DNA of 64,000 bases from a bacterium (GTDB lineage Bacteria; UBA8248), in NCBI GenBank assembly GCA_965200245.1, contig CBDATS010000004.1, positions 448,001-512,000 of the forward strand, given 5' to 3'. The notes under the pieces were generated by a model. The model saw only the letters and a program-made list of their open reading frames with translations, was not told where the DNA came from and searched no databases. Of the stretch, positions 54,136 to 64,000 are shown in pieces. The translations under genes were made by a program, and so were the position numbers. How positions within the stretch are numbered: the first letter of the stretch is position 1; every line of letters starts with the position of its first letter.

Positions 54136-55562
54136 ATGATGGTCGAGGGTCAGAATCTCGAATGGAAATCGTCTTGGCGGGACGAGTATCTTAAGTGGAT
54201 CTGCGGGTTCGCCAACGCCCAAGGCGGTGTCCTCATGATTGGCAAGAACGACCTCGGCGAGATTGTCGGCGTAAGGAACCCGCTACAACTGCTGGAGGAG
54301 ATACCCGGCAAGACGCAATCTCTGCTGGGCATCGTCGTGGACGTGAACCTCAAGTCCGAGACAGGCGGGGAATACCTGGAGATTACGGTCGAGCCCAGCC
54401 CCAATCCAATCAGCTATCGGGGCGAATACCATTACCGCAGCGGTAGCACCAGGCAGGTGCTGAGAGGCACTGCGCTGAACCAGTTCTTGCTCCGCAGACA
54501 TGGCCGCAACTGGGATGATGCACCAGTGCCGGGTGTTGGACTGAGCGAACTGGACCAAAGGACGTTGGTCGAGTTTCGTCGTCGCGACATCGCCAGCGGC
54601 CGACTGCAGCCTGATGTGCTAAACGAGTCCGACGACGACCTGATCGAGATGTTGCGTTTGCGCGAGGGCGAGTATCTGCGCCGCGCCGCGGTGTTGCTGT
54701 TTCATCCCGACCCGGTGCACTTCTTCGCCGGTGCTTTCGTAAAGATTGGCTACTTCCGGACGGAAACCGATCTCGTATACCAGGACGTCATTGAAGGCAA
54801 CCTGTTCACGCAGGTGGACCGCACCTTAGACCTGCTACGCACGAAGTACTCAAGGGCCGAAGTCTTCTACGACGGCATCTACCGACGTGAACCCCCCCCC
54901 AAGCACCCGGCGAGGCGCTGCGAGAAGCGGTACTCAACGCCGTCGCACACCGAGATTACGGCCATTCGGCACCAATCCAGATTCGCGTGTACGACGACCG
55001 CATCGTTTTGTGGAACCCGGGGATGCTGCCTCACGACTGGACGCTCGAAAAGCTCATGAGAGCGCATGCTTCCGCACCACAAAATCCAGGTATTGCCAAT
55101 GCGCTCTTCCGCGCCGGTTTGATCGAGGCATGGGGGCGCGGCATCGGCAACATCATCAAGGCATGTCGAGCCACGGGGACAGCCGAGCCACGATGGGAGG
55201 TAGAACCGAATGAGATGCGGCTAGAGTTCGTGTTCACCGAACCCGGTCACGGACCTCATCATCAAGACATGACGCACGAAACTTTGCGTCACGACCGATC
55301 ACGGCCAGAGTCGCTGAAAACGAGAATACTCCGGCAATTGGCAACCGGGCCAATGTCGAAAGCCGAACTCTCCAGGAACTTGGGGCAGAGACGGATCTCC
55401 GGTCAACTCAACACAGTGATTCGGCAACTCATTACCGACGGAAACATCGAATACACGATTCCCGAAAACCCCCGCAGCCGAGTTCAGCAATATCGCCTGA
55501 CGGACAAGGGGCGGAGCGTTGTCGATGGATTTTCGGACAGGACCACCGGGGCCAGGACATAA
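54136..55562 (+). CDS. AlbA_2 (Schlafen-like) + HATPase_c_4 + HTH protein, frameshifted at the C-run 54892-54900
   Basis: EGQNLEWKSSW...ICGFANAQGG. After the C-run another frame gives EALREAVLNAVAHRDY...NPG...NP.IAN...GLIEAWGRG and TIPENPRSRVQQYRLT. Confidence 0.8.
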
Positions 55563-55586
55563 CATACATAAGGGTACGGGAAGAAC

Positions 55587-55640
55587 ATGAAACTCCGTTT
55601 CGAACCCGAATCAATTTTCAATTGCAAGCAGTAGACACCG
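55587..55640 (+). pseudogene. Second type III Res N-terminal stub
   Basis: ATGAAACTCCGTTTCGAACCC...TTTTCAATTGCAAGCAGTAGAC is a diverged copy of the 53226 stub (MKLRFEP..FQLQAVD with a frameshift). Confidence 0.5.
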
Positions 55641-55642
55641 GT

Positions 55643-56250
55643 AAACCCTTCGCGCAACTGCAGCAAGCGGCCATGAAGATAGCCGTGATGGGCAATATCC
55701 TGCGCCAGCACGATCCGGGCTTGAAAGCTGCTGTTAAGGCGAGCCTCGTGGGCGATGTGAAGCGCGCCTTCGAAAAACTGGGGCCCAACGTGGTCGAAAT
55801 CAGTCCGAGTCACAAACTGCGCCAGTAGCTCAACGCATATATCCGCGAACGCCTCGCACAGGAGGGATGTATCCACGGAACCGCAACGAAAAGGAATTGA
55901 ATCTGGTCAACAGCCGTACCGCCGAGGTGACGGGCGTGACCGGAGAGCGCGTGAGTTTTAAACTTGAGGATGTGCATAGGCTCGAACCGCAACCGCGCCA
56001 TCTCGACCATGCCTAGGGCATCTACCGTCCACATCTTCCAGGGCCGGGCGGTGGATGGCGTCATCGCCGCCATGGAGGCGAATCACCCCCACCTCACCAC
56101 GCAGAAAACTTCTACGTCGAGAGCAGACATGCGCGTGACCGGGCCGAATTCGTCACTGACGACGCGAAGGCCCTGTGCAAGCGGTTCGAAGCCGTCATCG
56201 GGGAGCGGATCCCGGCTTTGGAAGCACTCGGAGCAAACAGGGCCAAAGAG
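55643..56250 (+). mobile_element. Fragments of a MOBF (TrwC/TraI-like) conjugative relaxase-helicase
   Basis: KPFAQLQQAAMKIAVMGNILRQHDPGLK and ASTVHIFQGRAVDGVIAAMEANHPHLTTQK..YVE.SR...TDDAKAL...GERI.ALE, helicase motif V/VI-like blocks. Confidence 0.65.
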
Positions 56251-56523
56251 ACGGAACCGAAACAACTTCGACACCCGGGAGTATGCTGTACGGGCTGGAT
56301 ATATTGACAACCGGTCGCAGCCGTGCAGTTCATCCCCGACCATAGAACTTCATTAGAAACCCGGCGATCAATGAAAGATCCCATCCATCTCTTCCACGGT
56401 TCTGCCCGCGATGAGGCCGGTGCCCGGGTACGAGCAGAATGAGACAGGTATTCCTATGAGAAAGATGATTCCCCATGGAAATCATGTCTGGTCTGCGCCT
56501 GTCGTTTTACAGAAGTGCAGTTG

Positions 56524-56538
56524 ATTTGTCAGACAAAT
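56524..56538. promoter_or_regulatory. Perfect palindrome ATTTGTC-A-GACAAAT upstream of cysE-iscS-iscU
   Basis: 7-bp inverted repeat abutting TATAAT (56538). A second TGCTATAAT lies at ~56591. Confidence 0.4.
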
Positions 56539-56663
56539 ATAATTCCATGGTGCACATCTTCCCTCCCTCGCTCTTTATTGAAGCACACTGTGCTATAATG
56601 GATGTGCAACGCGGGGGAACACGTCTGTTTCCCCGATTTTTCTTTGAACAGGACCTGCAAGCC

Positions 56664-57371
56664 ATGAACAGATTCCTCAGAGGTTTAGGGCGCGGATTCG
56701 AATGGATTCAAAAGGACATCGCTGCCGTCATGGAACGCGACCCTGCCTGCAGATCGAAAGCGGAAGTGATTTTCTGCTATCCGGGTTTTCACGCAGTCTG
56801 CCTGCACCGCATGGCCCATTACTTCTGGAAAAGGAAATTTCTGCTCGTCGCGCGATGGCTGAGTCACTGGAACCGATTCATAACGGGTATCGAAATTCAC
56901 CCTGGCGCGCGGATCGGCGAAGGGCTATTCATAGACCATGGGATGGGCGTCGTCATCGGAGAAACGACGGAAATCGGGAAAAACTGCACCATCTACCAGG
57001 GAGTGACGCTCGGCGGCGTGAGCCTCAAGAAAGAAAAAAGGCATCCTACTTTAGAGGACAATGTCGTCGTAGGAGTTGGCGCCCAGTTGTTGGGTCCGCA
57101 TATTATCGGCGCAGGCAGTTGCATCGGTGCAAGTTCAGTCGTCATCTCGGATGTTCCACCCGGCTGCACGGTCGTCGGCGTGCCTGCGCGCATCGTCTAC
57201 CGGGAGGGAAAAGGCAAAACGGATGTTCTGCTCCCTGTTTCTTTCGAACATCACGAGTTGCCAGACCCGGTGGAGGCGGCCATTCAGGTCCTGAACCAGC
57301 GCATTGCAACCCTTGAAAAAGAACTGTCCCATCTGCGGGCACCGATACAGGAAAAACAAGAGTCCCTATGA
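56664..57371 (+). CDS. cysE: Serine O-acetyltransferase
   Basis: [41 protein letters not shown]. Confidence 0.95.
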   Translation: MNRFLRGLGRGFEWIQKDIAAVMERDPACRSKAEVIFCYPGFHAVCLHRMAHYFWKRKFLLVARWLSHWNRFITGIEIHPGARIGEGLFIDHGMGVVIGETTEIGKNCTIYQGVTLGGVSLKKEKRHPTLEDNVVVGVGAQLLGPHIIGAGSCIGASSVVISDVPPGCTVVGVPARIVYREGKGKTDVLLPVSFEHHELPDPVEAAIQVLNQRIATLEKELSHLRAPIQEKQESL

Positions 57372-58537
57372 AAACCATCTACATGGACCACAACGCAACC
57401 ACCCCGATGCGTTCTGAGGTCTTGGCCGCAATGCAACCCTATCTCGGCGAGAAGTTCGGAAACCCGAACAGCATTCACCGATACGGTCGCGAAACCAGAA
57501 TCGCGATTGAAAACGCCCGCGACCATGCGGCGGCCCTCATCGGTGCCACGGACAGTGATGAAATCTTCTTCACCTCCGGCGGAACGGAAAGCGACAACTG
57601 GGTGCTTCGGGGCGTCATCTCCGCCGCCCAGGGAACAAGTCATATCGTCACCACGGCTATCGAGCACGAGGCCGTACTCGCGACTTGCCAAATCCTAGAA
57701 ACGGAAGGGGTGTCGATCACCTACGTGAAGCCGAACCGGCAAGGGCGCGTTCTACCCGAGCACGTGGCCTCTGCGATTCGGCCGAATACGAAAATCGTGT
57801 CCGTCATGTGGGGCAACAACGAGGTCGGTACCCTTCAGCCGATTCATGAAATCGGCGCGATTTGCCGGGAACACGGGATATTGTTTCACACCGACGCCGT
57901 GCAGGTACTGGGCAAGGAGGAAATCGACGTAGAACGAGCCTGCGTGTCTCTGCTTTCTGCCAGCGGGCACAAAATCAACGCCTCCAAGGGCACGGGTTTT
58001 TTGTACGTCAAAAAGGGAACCAAGCTCGACCCCTTTATCACCGGAGGCGGACAGGAGCAAAAGCTACGCTCGGGCACTGAAAATGTGGCCGGCATCGTGG
58101 CGATGGGAGAAGCCTGCCGCCTTGCGAAAAAAGAAGGCCCGCAACTCGCAAAGAATATTTCCACCCTGAGAGATCGGCTCGAAAGCGAAATCTGCGAACA
58201 CATTCCCGACGTATTGGTCAACGGTGATACGGAGCACAGGCTTCCCGGCACTTCGAACCTTGGTTTTATCGGCGCGGAAGGGGAAACGCTCCTGATTCGC
58301 CTCGACCTGGAGGGCTTCGCCGTGAGCACGGGCGCAGCTTGCAGTTCGGGATCTCCCGAACCCAGCCACGTTCTGCTGGCGATGGATCTGCCCAAGGAAA
58401 CCGTGCAAGGTTCACTGAGGTTCAGTCTTGGCTTCGGCAACTCGGATACGGATATCGACAGGCTGCTCGATGTGTTGCCGGAGGCCGTGAGCAAGGTGCG
58501 TGAAATGGCCCCCCGCCAGAAATCAACAAAAACATGA
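57368..58537 (+). CDS. iscS: Cysteine desulfurase (IscS/NifS)
   Basis: [28 protein letters not shown] (PLP Lys), [15 protein letters not shown]. Confidence 0.93.
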   Translation: MKTIYMDHNATTPMRSEVLAAMQPYLGEKFGNPNSIHRYGRETRIAIENARDHAAALIGATDSDEIFFTSGGTESDNWVLRGVISAAQGTSHIVTTAIEHEAVLATCQILETEGVSITYVKPNRQGRVLPEHVASAIRPNTKIVSVMWGNNEVGTLQPIHEIGAICREHGILFHTDAVQVLGKEEIDVERACVSLLSASGHKINASKGTGFLYVKKGTKLDPFITGGGQEQKLRSGTENVAGIVAMGEACRLAKKEGPQLAKNISTLRDRLESEICEHIPDVLVNGDTEHRLPGTSNLGFIGAEGETLLIRLDLEGFAVSTGAACSSGSPEPSHVLLAMDLPKETVQGSLRFSLGFGNSDTDIDRLLDVLPEAVSKVREMAPRQKSTKT

Positions 58538-58546
58538 GAAGAACCT

Positions 58547-58930
58547 GTGGCTCCAAGAGATGATTATCACTATAATGAGACCGTGCTCGCCCACATTGCG
58601 GATCCCCACAACATCGGTGTCATCGAAGACGCGGACGCCGAGGGAAGCGGAACGAATCCCGCCTGCGGCGATGAAGTGACGCTTTATCTCAAATTCGAAG
58701 GCGAGGCGGTCTCGGATGCCAAGATTCGAATTCTCGGTTGCGGGGCAATTACCGCCGCCATGAGTTCCCTGACAGATTTGGTGCGCGGAAAAACCGCGGA
58801 GGAACTTGGAGAAATTACAGCCGAGGAAATCGCGCAAAGCGTCGGCGGCCTTCCCACCCACAAACGCCACTGCGCCACGCTCGCCCGACGTGTGCTACAA
58901 AATGCCTTAAAATCGAAAAGGGCAAACTGA
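58547..58930 (+). CDS. iscU: IscU/NifU-type Fe-S scaffold
   Basis: NPACGD, GCGA, KRHCA (three scaffold Cys); GTG start. Confidence 0.88.
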   Translation: MAPRDDYHYNETVLAHIADPHNIGVIEDADAEGSGTNPACGDEVTLYLKFEGEAVSDAKIRILGCGAITAAMSSLTDLVRGKTAEELGEITAEEIAQSVGGLPTHKRHCATLARRVLQNALKSKRAN

Positions 58931-58937
58931 CACGCAG

Positions 58938-59399
58938 ATGAGGACTTCGCAGCCCGCCCAAATATTCGAACTAGACGCCTTCAAGGGTTGGGCGCTTCGT
59001 ACCGGAGCCGCTGCCAGCCCCGAGATCATCGGTCTCACCCAGGCCCGCTTGCTCAAGATATGCGCGAACCTCCCCGGAATCGGCCCCGCTTGTGGATTCG
59101 ACCATGGAGAAGGGGGATATGAAGCCTGCCGGCAAGCACTTACGGATCTACCTATGCCCGAAGAACTCCACGAGACGAACTTTCCGGGCGGATGGCACGC
59201 GGCAGGAACGCACATCGGGGGATACGATACACTGGCCATCACATTGGAAGAAATGCTGAACCAGTGGCTGCCGCATAGCGGATTCAAGAGAAGAGAAGGC
59301 CCGGTGATGTACCGATACTTGACCGACCCGCGCGAGACGGCGGAAGCCGAAATCAGAACTGAAATTTGCGTGCCCGTTCAGCCCGACCCGATCGAGTGA
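58938..59399 (+). CDS. GyrI-like small-molecule-binding domain protein
   Basis: PGGWHA...HIGGYDTL...WLP.SG...YLTDP..T.E.E.RTEICVPV. Confidence 0.75.
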   Translation: MRTSQPAQIFELDAFKGWALRTGAAASPEIIGLTQARLLKICANLPGIGPACGFDHGEGGYEACRQALTDLPMPEELHETNFPGGWHAAGTHIGGYDTLAITLEEMLNQWLPHSGFKRREGPVMYRYLTDPRETAEAEIRTEICVPVQPDPIE

Positions 59400-59820
59400 G
59401 TGGCTCTGGCAAGACACATTTTTGTATTATCAGGGACCTCGCGCAGGCACAGGGCCTGTCCCACTACGGGCCCCATATGATTCGGAGCGAACTCGCAGGG
59501 TCGATCGCCTGTACCCCGTGATCGACCTGTCTCACGAACTCCCTCCCCTTCGAGATGGACCGTTCACGAGCCAAGCAACTCTCCATTCCCCATATTATGG
59601 GAATTACCCAAGACCGGTGTGAACAAAACAAGTGCAACGGTAGTCGACGATACCACTCAAGAAACACTGCATCGTTTGTCAAGGAACGGGCGAACAAGGA
59701 AGCCATGGTTAGCCTGCCAGGCGATCCTTTGTTCGTTGAACCCTCTGATTTTTTTTGTGCTTGATTGCGCGTTTATGCACATTTTTGTATCGGCAAATAA
59801 ACCGAAATCAACAAAAATAT

Positions 59821-60257
59821 CTATTTTCCTTCATTTTCTGCAGGGGTCGTGGAGGACAAGTATTTCATAAGCGCCCCGGTTAATACCCTGATATCAGCTT
59901 TGATTTCCTTTCCTAACTCTCCGATTTTTGCGTCGATCTTCGCATCCAACTCATCGATCTTCGTGTCGATCTTCGCATTCAACTCATTGATTTTTCTATC
60001 GATTTTCGTATCCAACCTGTCGATCTTTCCGCTTACTTTTCCCAAGAAAGAATTGAGGTTTGCAATATCACCGTCAATTCTTTTCATCTCCGTGGATAGA
60101 CTAGCTGTAACTGCTGTAAATCGAGCTATTGTTTCTCGTCATGTTCTGCGAGCGCCCATCCACCCACGCCACCCAGCAAACCGAGCACCGCAATGAGCAG
60201 AATACCAATATCCCGCCATGCAGATTGTTCCTTGATCCATTTGAACCGCTCGCTCAT
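59821..60257 (-). CDS. Membrane-anchored coiled-coil protein with 11-aa repeats, frameshifted at ~60132
   Basis: MSERFKWIKEQSAWRDIGILLIAVLGLLGGVGGWALAEHDEK (TM). One extra A would join it to TIARF...KIDRLDTKIDR KINELNAKIDT KIDELDAKIDA KIGELGKEIKA. Confidence 0.6.
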
Positions 60258-60586
60258 CAGGTTATCCCCCCATTTCAGATAAAAATATCGGGCTTTTTAA
60301 GGAGGGTGTCAAATATCTTCAAAACCAAGTCCTCATACTCAAGCGTGAAGCTATTATTATGCCACCAATTCCTGCAAGTAACCCTTCGCCCGTCCATACC
60401 TTTGTCCAATGATTTATGCGATCCATCGTTTCAATCTCACAATGAACTCATTCAGCCAGAACGTAACATGAATCACTGAAAAAATCAAGAAATTTTGTTT
60501 TATATACTCTTTTTATTCGTCATTATGCGATAATATCCATGCCATTTTCTGCAAAATTACAAATGTAATTCCCTGTTATCGATAGT

Positions 60587-63538
60587 TCACGTCTTGGAGA
60601 TTCGACATAATAGACTTTTCAGATTCGTCTGGTCCGAGGCCGGATCACGCTGCGTGATATCCGTCAGGAAATTTACCGACCGCCATGGATGGTAAGGCTG
60701 ACGCTCCCCCCAGCCGATGGGAACGAATACCGAGTCCTCCCTGATGCCCGCATTCACCCAGGCCATCGCCTCAATGGCGCCGTGCGCGGTTTCCACCCGG
60801 ACTTTCTCTCCATCTTCGATTTTCAATTCCTGCGCTTTTTGAGGATGGATCTGGCAGTAGAGGTCGGGCCACATCTCCTGCGCCTGCCAGAAATAATGCG
60901 TCCAGCTATGAAAATGCGGAGCGGGCGGGCGACCCGTTATCAGCGTCGTTTCATAGCCTTTCCGGCGAAGCGCATCACCCAGGTTTTGCTCGTCCGGCTG
61001 GACGATTCTGGCGACGCGAGAACCCGTAGGCGTCTTGCTAAAGGGAGAGATGATTTCCAGATCATCATCGCCATGTTCATATTCGAGATACGGCAAACCC
61101 AGGAGATTCTCTTTCTCGCTGTAAAACTCCGGCAGCGCGGAAAGTCCTACTTTAGAGAATTTTTCCTCCAACGCTTCCGTCCAGAACTCAAGCCGCCCGC
61201 TCGGCGTGGGAAAGCGCTTGCCCTCGGGTTGCCCGGTGGCGGTCGTTCCTTCGAGATACAGGGTTTCCTGCTCGGGGGCATCCTCGCTCGCGACGGGAAA
61301 GCGCACCCACCGATAGGGAACCGAGTGGAGCCGTTTCTGCGTCACACCCCGCAAAAAATCGTTGTCGATGCACATCTCGTCCCAAAACGTCCCAGGATCC
61401 TTGTATTCCTCTTTCATGACATCACCGAACCCGAGGCGCTTGCCGAGTTCTATCCATATCCAGCCATCGGGCTTCGCCTCTCCCGGCGGATCGATCATCC
61501 TGTCTATCCATACGATTCTTCTATCGTCATTCGTACGGCCCAGTTCCCCTTTTTCGATTCCGCCCGCCGCAGGAAGCACATAATCCGCAAACGCAGAGGT
61601 TTCATTCGCGAACAATTCGATGTGGACGATGAGATCGAGTGCATGAAAGGCCGCTCGCGCGTCATCCTGGCCCGGCCATTGCGCCAGTGGATTGTTGCAC
61701 GTAATAAGGCCCTTGATGTGATACGGCTTGCCCTCGCGCATGGCACTCAACCAACCAGCCGGGCTTCTGCGGACCATCGGCTTCCCAATTTCCGCCCTCC
61801 TGTGCTTCGGTGCGTTGGCGGCGATTGGCGGGCCCGCAGTCATGTTCACATAGGCACCGCCCTTGCGGCCCCAATTTCCCGTTATCGCGGCAACGAACAT
61901 GAACGCCCGGTTCGTTTGCACCGAGTTGGTGTGCTGATTGATTCCCCGGCTCCCGAAAATAACGCAGCCATCTGCCTTCGCCACGCCTGCAGAGAGCGCG
62001 CGAATATCTCCCGCGGTTATGCCCGTGACGGCCTCCGCCCATTCGGGGGTATATCCCCTGGAAAATATGAAGTCGCGCCAGCGCTCCCAGCCGAGCACCC
62101 ATTCATCACAAAAACGCTCATCGTGCATGTCTTCGGAGAGAATATGGTGCGCCATGGCGAGAGCGAGAGCCATGTCGGTTCCCGGGCGGATGGCAAGCCA
62201 TTGATCCGCCTTACTCGCCGTGGCGGTATACCTCGGGTCCACCACCACCATCCTTGTCTTGTGCTTTATGCGCCAGTCGTTCACCTTGCCGAAGTAGACT
62301 GGCCGCGTCTCCGCCTGGTTGTCTCCGACATAGAGATACATTCCGGCACTTCCGATATCTTCAGGCGTGTAGCTGTTTCCATTGCCGTTCAACCCGTGCG
62401 TCACCTCGTAGGCGACTACCTTGCCCGCCGCACAAAAGGGATCTGTCCCCTGCAAATTGGGCGTGCCCCACATCTGGCTGAACAGTCGCACATAGCCTTT
62501 CTGCGTAATCAAACCCGTACGGGTTCCCACGAAAAGCGCCAGCGCCTCAGGACCCCAGCGATCCTTGAGAACTTCGAGTTTCGCGGCGATTTCATCGAGT
62601 GCCTGCTTCCAGGAGATGCGCTCGAATTCACCATCGCCCCGGCGGCCGACACGCTTGAGAGGATATTTCAGGCGGTGTTCGTTGTGATGAAGTTGAAGCG
62701 TGAACTGCGCCTTGGGGCAGAGTTTTCCGTCCAGAACGGGATCCTCGTCGTTCCCTGTCACGTTGATGAGCCTGTCACCCTGAAAATGGAACTTGGCGCT
62801 GCAGCAGTTGAAACAGAAATTACATCCACCGGGCACGACGCGGTCCGCCTGAAGGGACTTTTTGTCATGCAGGCAGGGGAAATCGGGGCCTTTTTCCTCG
62901 AAAACGTCCCTTGCTTCCGGGAGTTCCACGAATCGAGGACGACTCGGGTTTTCATGCGAACCGGAACCATCCTTTCCGTTCAAGCAACTGTTCTCTCTGG
63001 CGACTTTCTCCAGATATATCGTCTGCGGTTTCAAGAGAAAATGATCGTGATCACGAAGATGCCGACCTTCTTCCTCTGCCTTTTCGAGGAGGTTTTCCCT
63101 CTCGCCGAACGAGATGGCATAGCCCGGACAAATTTCCGTGCAGGCGGGTTCCAGACCCTTTTCCCGCCTGTCCGGGCAAAGATCGCATTTCACCGAATGA
63201 TGGCCTTGCGCATCATAACCCATCGCGCTGTAGGGACACGCCATGACACACTCCCCACAACCTGTGCAAAGCGCCTCATGAACTTCCACCACGCCGGTGT
63301 CGGGGTCTTTCGTTATCGCCTTGGGGTGGACAGGACAGGCTCTCAGGCAAGCGGGCCGCTCGCAATGCTGGCACGTCAGTGTGAGGAAATCGGGCGCACC
63401 CGTGGAGGCGTTCCCCAGCCAGACCACCTTGTTCCGGTATTGGCCAGGGCCGAGTCTGTGCTCCTGCTTGCAGGCCGCCTCACAACTCTTGCAGCCGAAG
63501 CATCGTTCCAAGTCTATCATCAAGGCTAGCCGGCCCAA
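60587..63538 (-). CDS. DMSO-reductase-family molybdopterin oxidoreductase with a fused N-terminal DmsB-like 4Fe-4S domain
   Basis: CFGCKSCEAAC, CQHCERPAC, CTGCGECVMACP, KCDLC; then CNFCFNCC...LCPK, RLKYPLKR, VVVDPRYT, IRPGTD, ADYVLP, and a C-terminal MGD-binding domain. No Tat signal. Confidence 0.9.
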   Translation of the reverse strand: MGRLALMIDLERCFGCKSCEAACKQEHRLGPGQYRNKVVWLGNASTGAPDFLTLTCQHCERPACLRACPVHPKAITKDPDTGVVEVHEALCTGCGECVMACPYSAMGYDAQGHHSVKCDLCPDRREKGLEPACTEICPGYAISFGERENLLEKAEEEGRHLRDHDHFLLKPQTIYLEKVARENSCLNGKDGSGSHENPSRPRFVELPEARDVFEEKGPDFPCLHDKKSLQADRVVPGGCNFCFNCCSAKFHFQGDRLINVTGNDEDPVLDGKLCPKAQFTLQLHHNEHRLKYPLKRVGRRGDGEFERISWKQALDEIAAKLEVLKDRWGPEALALFVGTRTGLITQKGYVRLFSQMWGTPNLQGTDPFCAAGKVVAYEVTHGLNGNGNSYTPEDIGSAGMYLYVGDNQAETRPVYFGKVNDWRIKHKTRMVVVDPRYTATASKADQWLAIRPGTDMALALAMAHHILSEDMHDERFCDEWVLGWERWRDFIFSRGYTPEWAEAVTGITAGDIRALSAGVAKADGCVIFGSRGINQHTNSVQTNRAFMFVAAITGNWGRKGGAYVNMTAGPPIAANAPKHRRAEIGKPMVRRSPAGWLSAMREGKPYHIKGLITCNNPLAQWPGQDDARAAFHALDLIVHIELFANETSAFADYVLPAAGGIEKGELGRTNDDRRIVWIDRMIDPPGEAKPDGWIWIELGKRLGFGDVMKEEYKDPGTFWDEMCIDNDFLRGVTQKRLHSVPYRWVRFPVASEDAPEQETLYLEGTTATGQPEGKRFPTPSGRLEFWTEALEEKFSKVGLSALPEFYSEKENLLGLPYLEYEHGDDDLEIISPFSKTPTGSRVARIVQPDEQNLGDALRRKGYETTLITGRPPAPHFHSWTHYFWQAQEMWPDLYCQIHPQKAQELKIEDGEKVRVETAHGAIEAMAWVNAGIREDSVFVPIGWGERQPYHPWRSVNFLTDITQRDPASDQTNLKSLLCRISKT

Positions 63539-63563
63539 GGTTCGCTCCTTGAAGATGTGCGGG

Positions 63564-64000
63564 CTACCATTTCGTCAGGTGCCACCAGTATATTTCTCCC
63601 CCACCCGAGACATAACCGGCAAAAAACGTAACGGTGATGACATGCCCCAGAATACCAAGAAGAAAAACGAACGCCAAAACGATGTGAATCATCCGCCAAT
63701 ACGCCTGCGCGTAAGATACACCGGAGCGCGCCATCAGTATATTGTGTTCCCGGCCGACAAGCCGGGCGTAGGCGAACGCAAGCCCGGGTCTGGTGAACCA
63801 GTGCCTGAGTCCCAGCGAAAAGACGCCTTCCTCGGCTCCCGGCTCAAGCCTTGACAATATGGACTCTTTTTCTTTGATGATTCGGGCAAGACGCTCGCGG
63901 TTCCCGGAACTGAGCGGAGAGAAGGATTGTTCCCTGGAGGCGAACGTGGCCGCCATACTCCTGGAGAGGCGAACGCGCGCCCAGACACCCAGAATCACCA
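63564..64000 (-). CDS. 5'-partial membrane protein upstream of the molybdoenzyme
   Basis: YWRMIHIVLAFVFLLGILGHVITV, a bis-His TM pattern as in heme-b ferric-reductase-like domains; runs off the window edge. Confidence 0.6.
   Translation of the reverse strand, partial: VILGVWARVRLSRSMAATFASREQSFSPLSSGNRERLARIIKEKESILSRLEPGAEEGVFSLGLRHWFTRPGLAFAYARLVGREHNILMARSGVSYAQAYWRMIHIVLAFVFLLGILGHVITVTFFAGYVSGGGEIYWWHLTKW

Noticed and set aside
60689-63529. 946-aa plus-strand ORF
   Set aside because: Antisense shadow of the molybdoenzyme; no motifs, and expected from GC-rich codon bias.

Overview
GC-rich bacterial chromosomal window. It is mostly housekeeping and metabolic genes: LysR/gltBD, metF, peroxiredoxin-sodA, fumC, acnA, rlmN, nth, an acyl-CoA dehydrogenase, the folD-xseAB-ispA-dxs-tlyA cluster, cysE-iscS-iscU and a 4Fe-4S/molybdopterin fusion oxidoreductase, plus divergent tRNA-Thr(CGT) and tRNA-Lys(TTT). 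The strongest signal is a tightly coupled 9-gene operon after tRNA-Lys (12114-18600). Its AhpD/CMD-like gene is split in the ORF track by an in-frame TGA in a C-E-Y-TGA (CxxU) motif followed immediately by a SECIS-like hairpin, so it is a hidden selenoprotein. It sits among two MaoC hot-dog dehydratase pairs, an ADP-forming acyl-CoA ligase and an SDR, and the pathway is unknown. Two decayed accessory islands are present. The first (~21.4-24.7 kb) has an IS256 relic, an 8x octamer repeat inside a C5-methyltransferase stub, a BcgI-like stub and an intact PD-(D/E)xK-like ORF. The second (~51-56.3 kb) has an ART-like/partner pair, type III R-M stubs, HicA fused to HicB by a 7-bp duplication, Sir2-HerA collapsed into one chimeric ORF, an AlbA_2 ATPase and TrwC relaxase fragments. 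Several genes carry single homopolymer frameshifts that may be sequencing errors. All family assignments come from motif recognition by eye, not from database searches.
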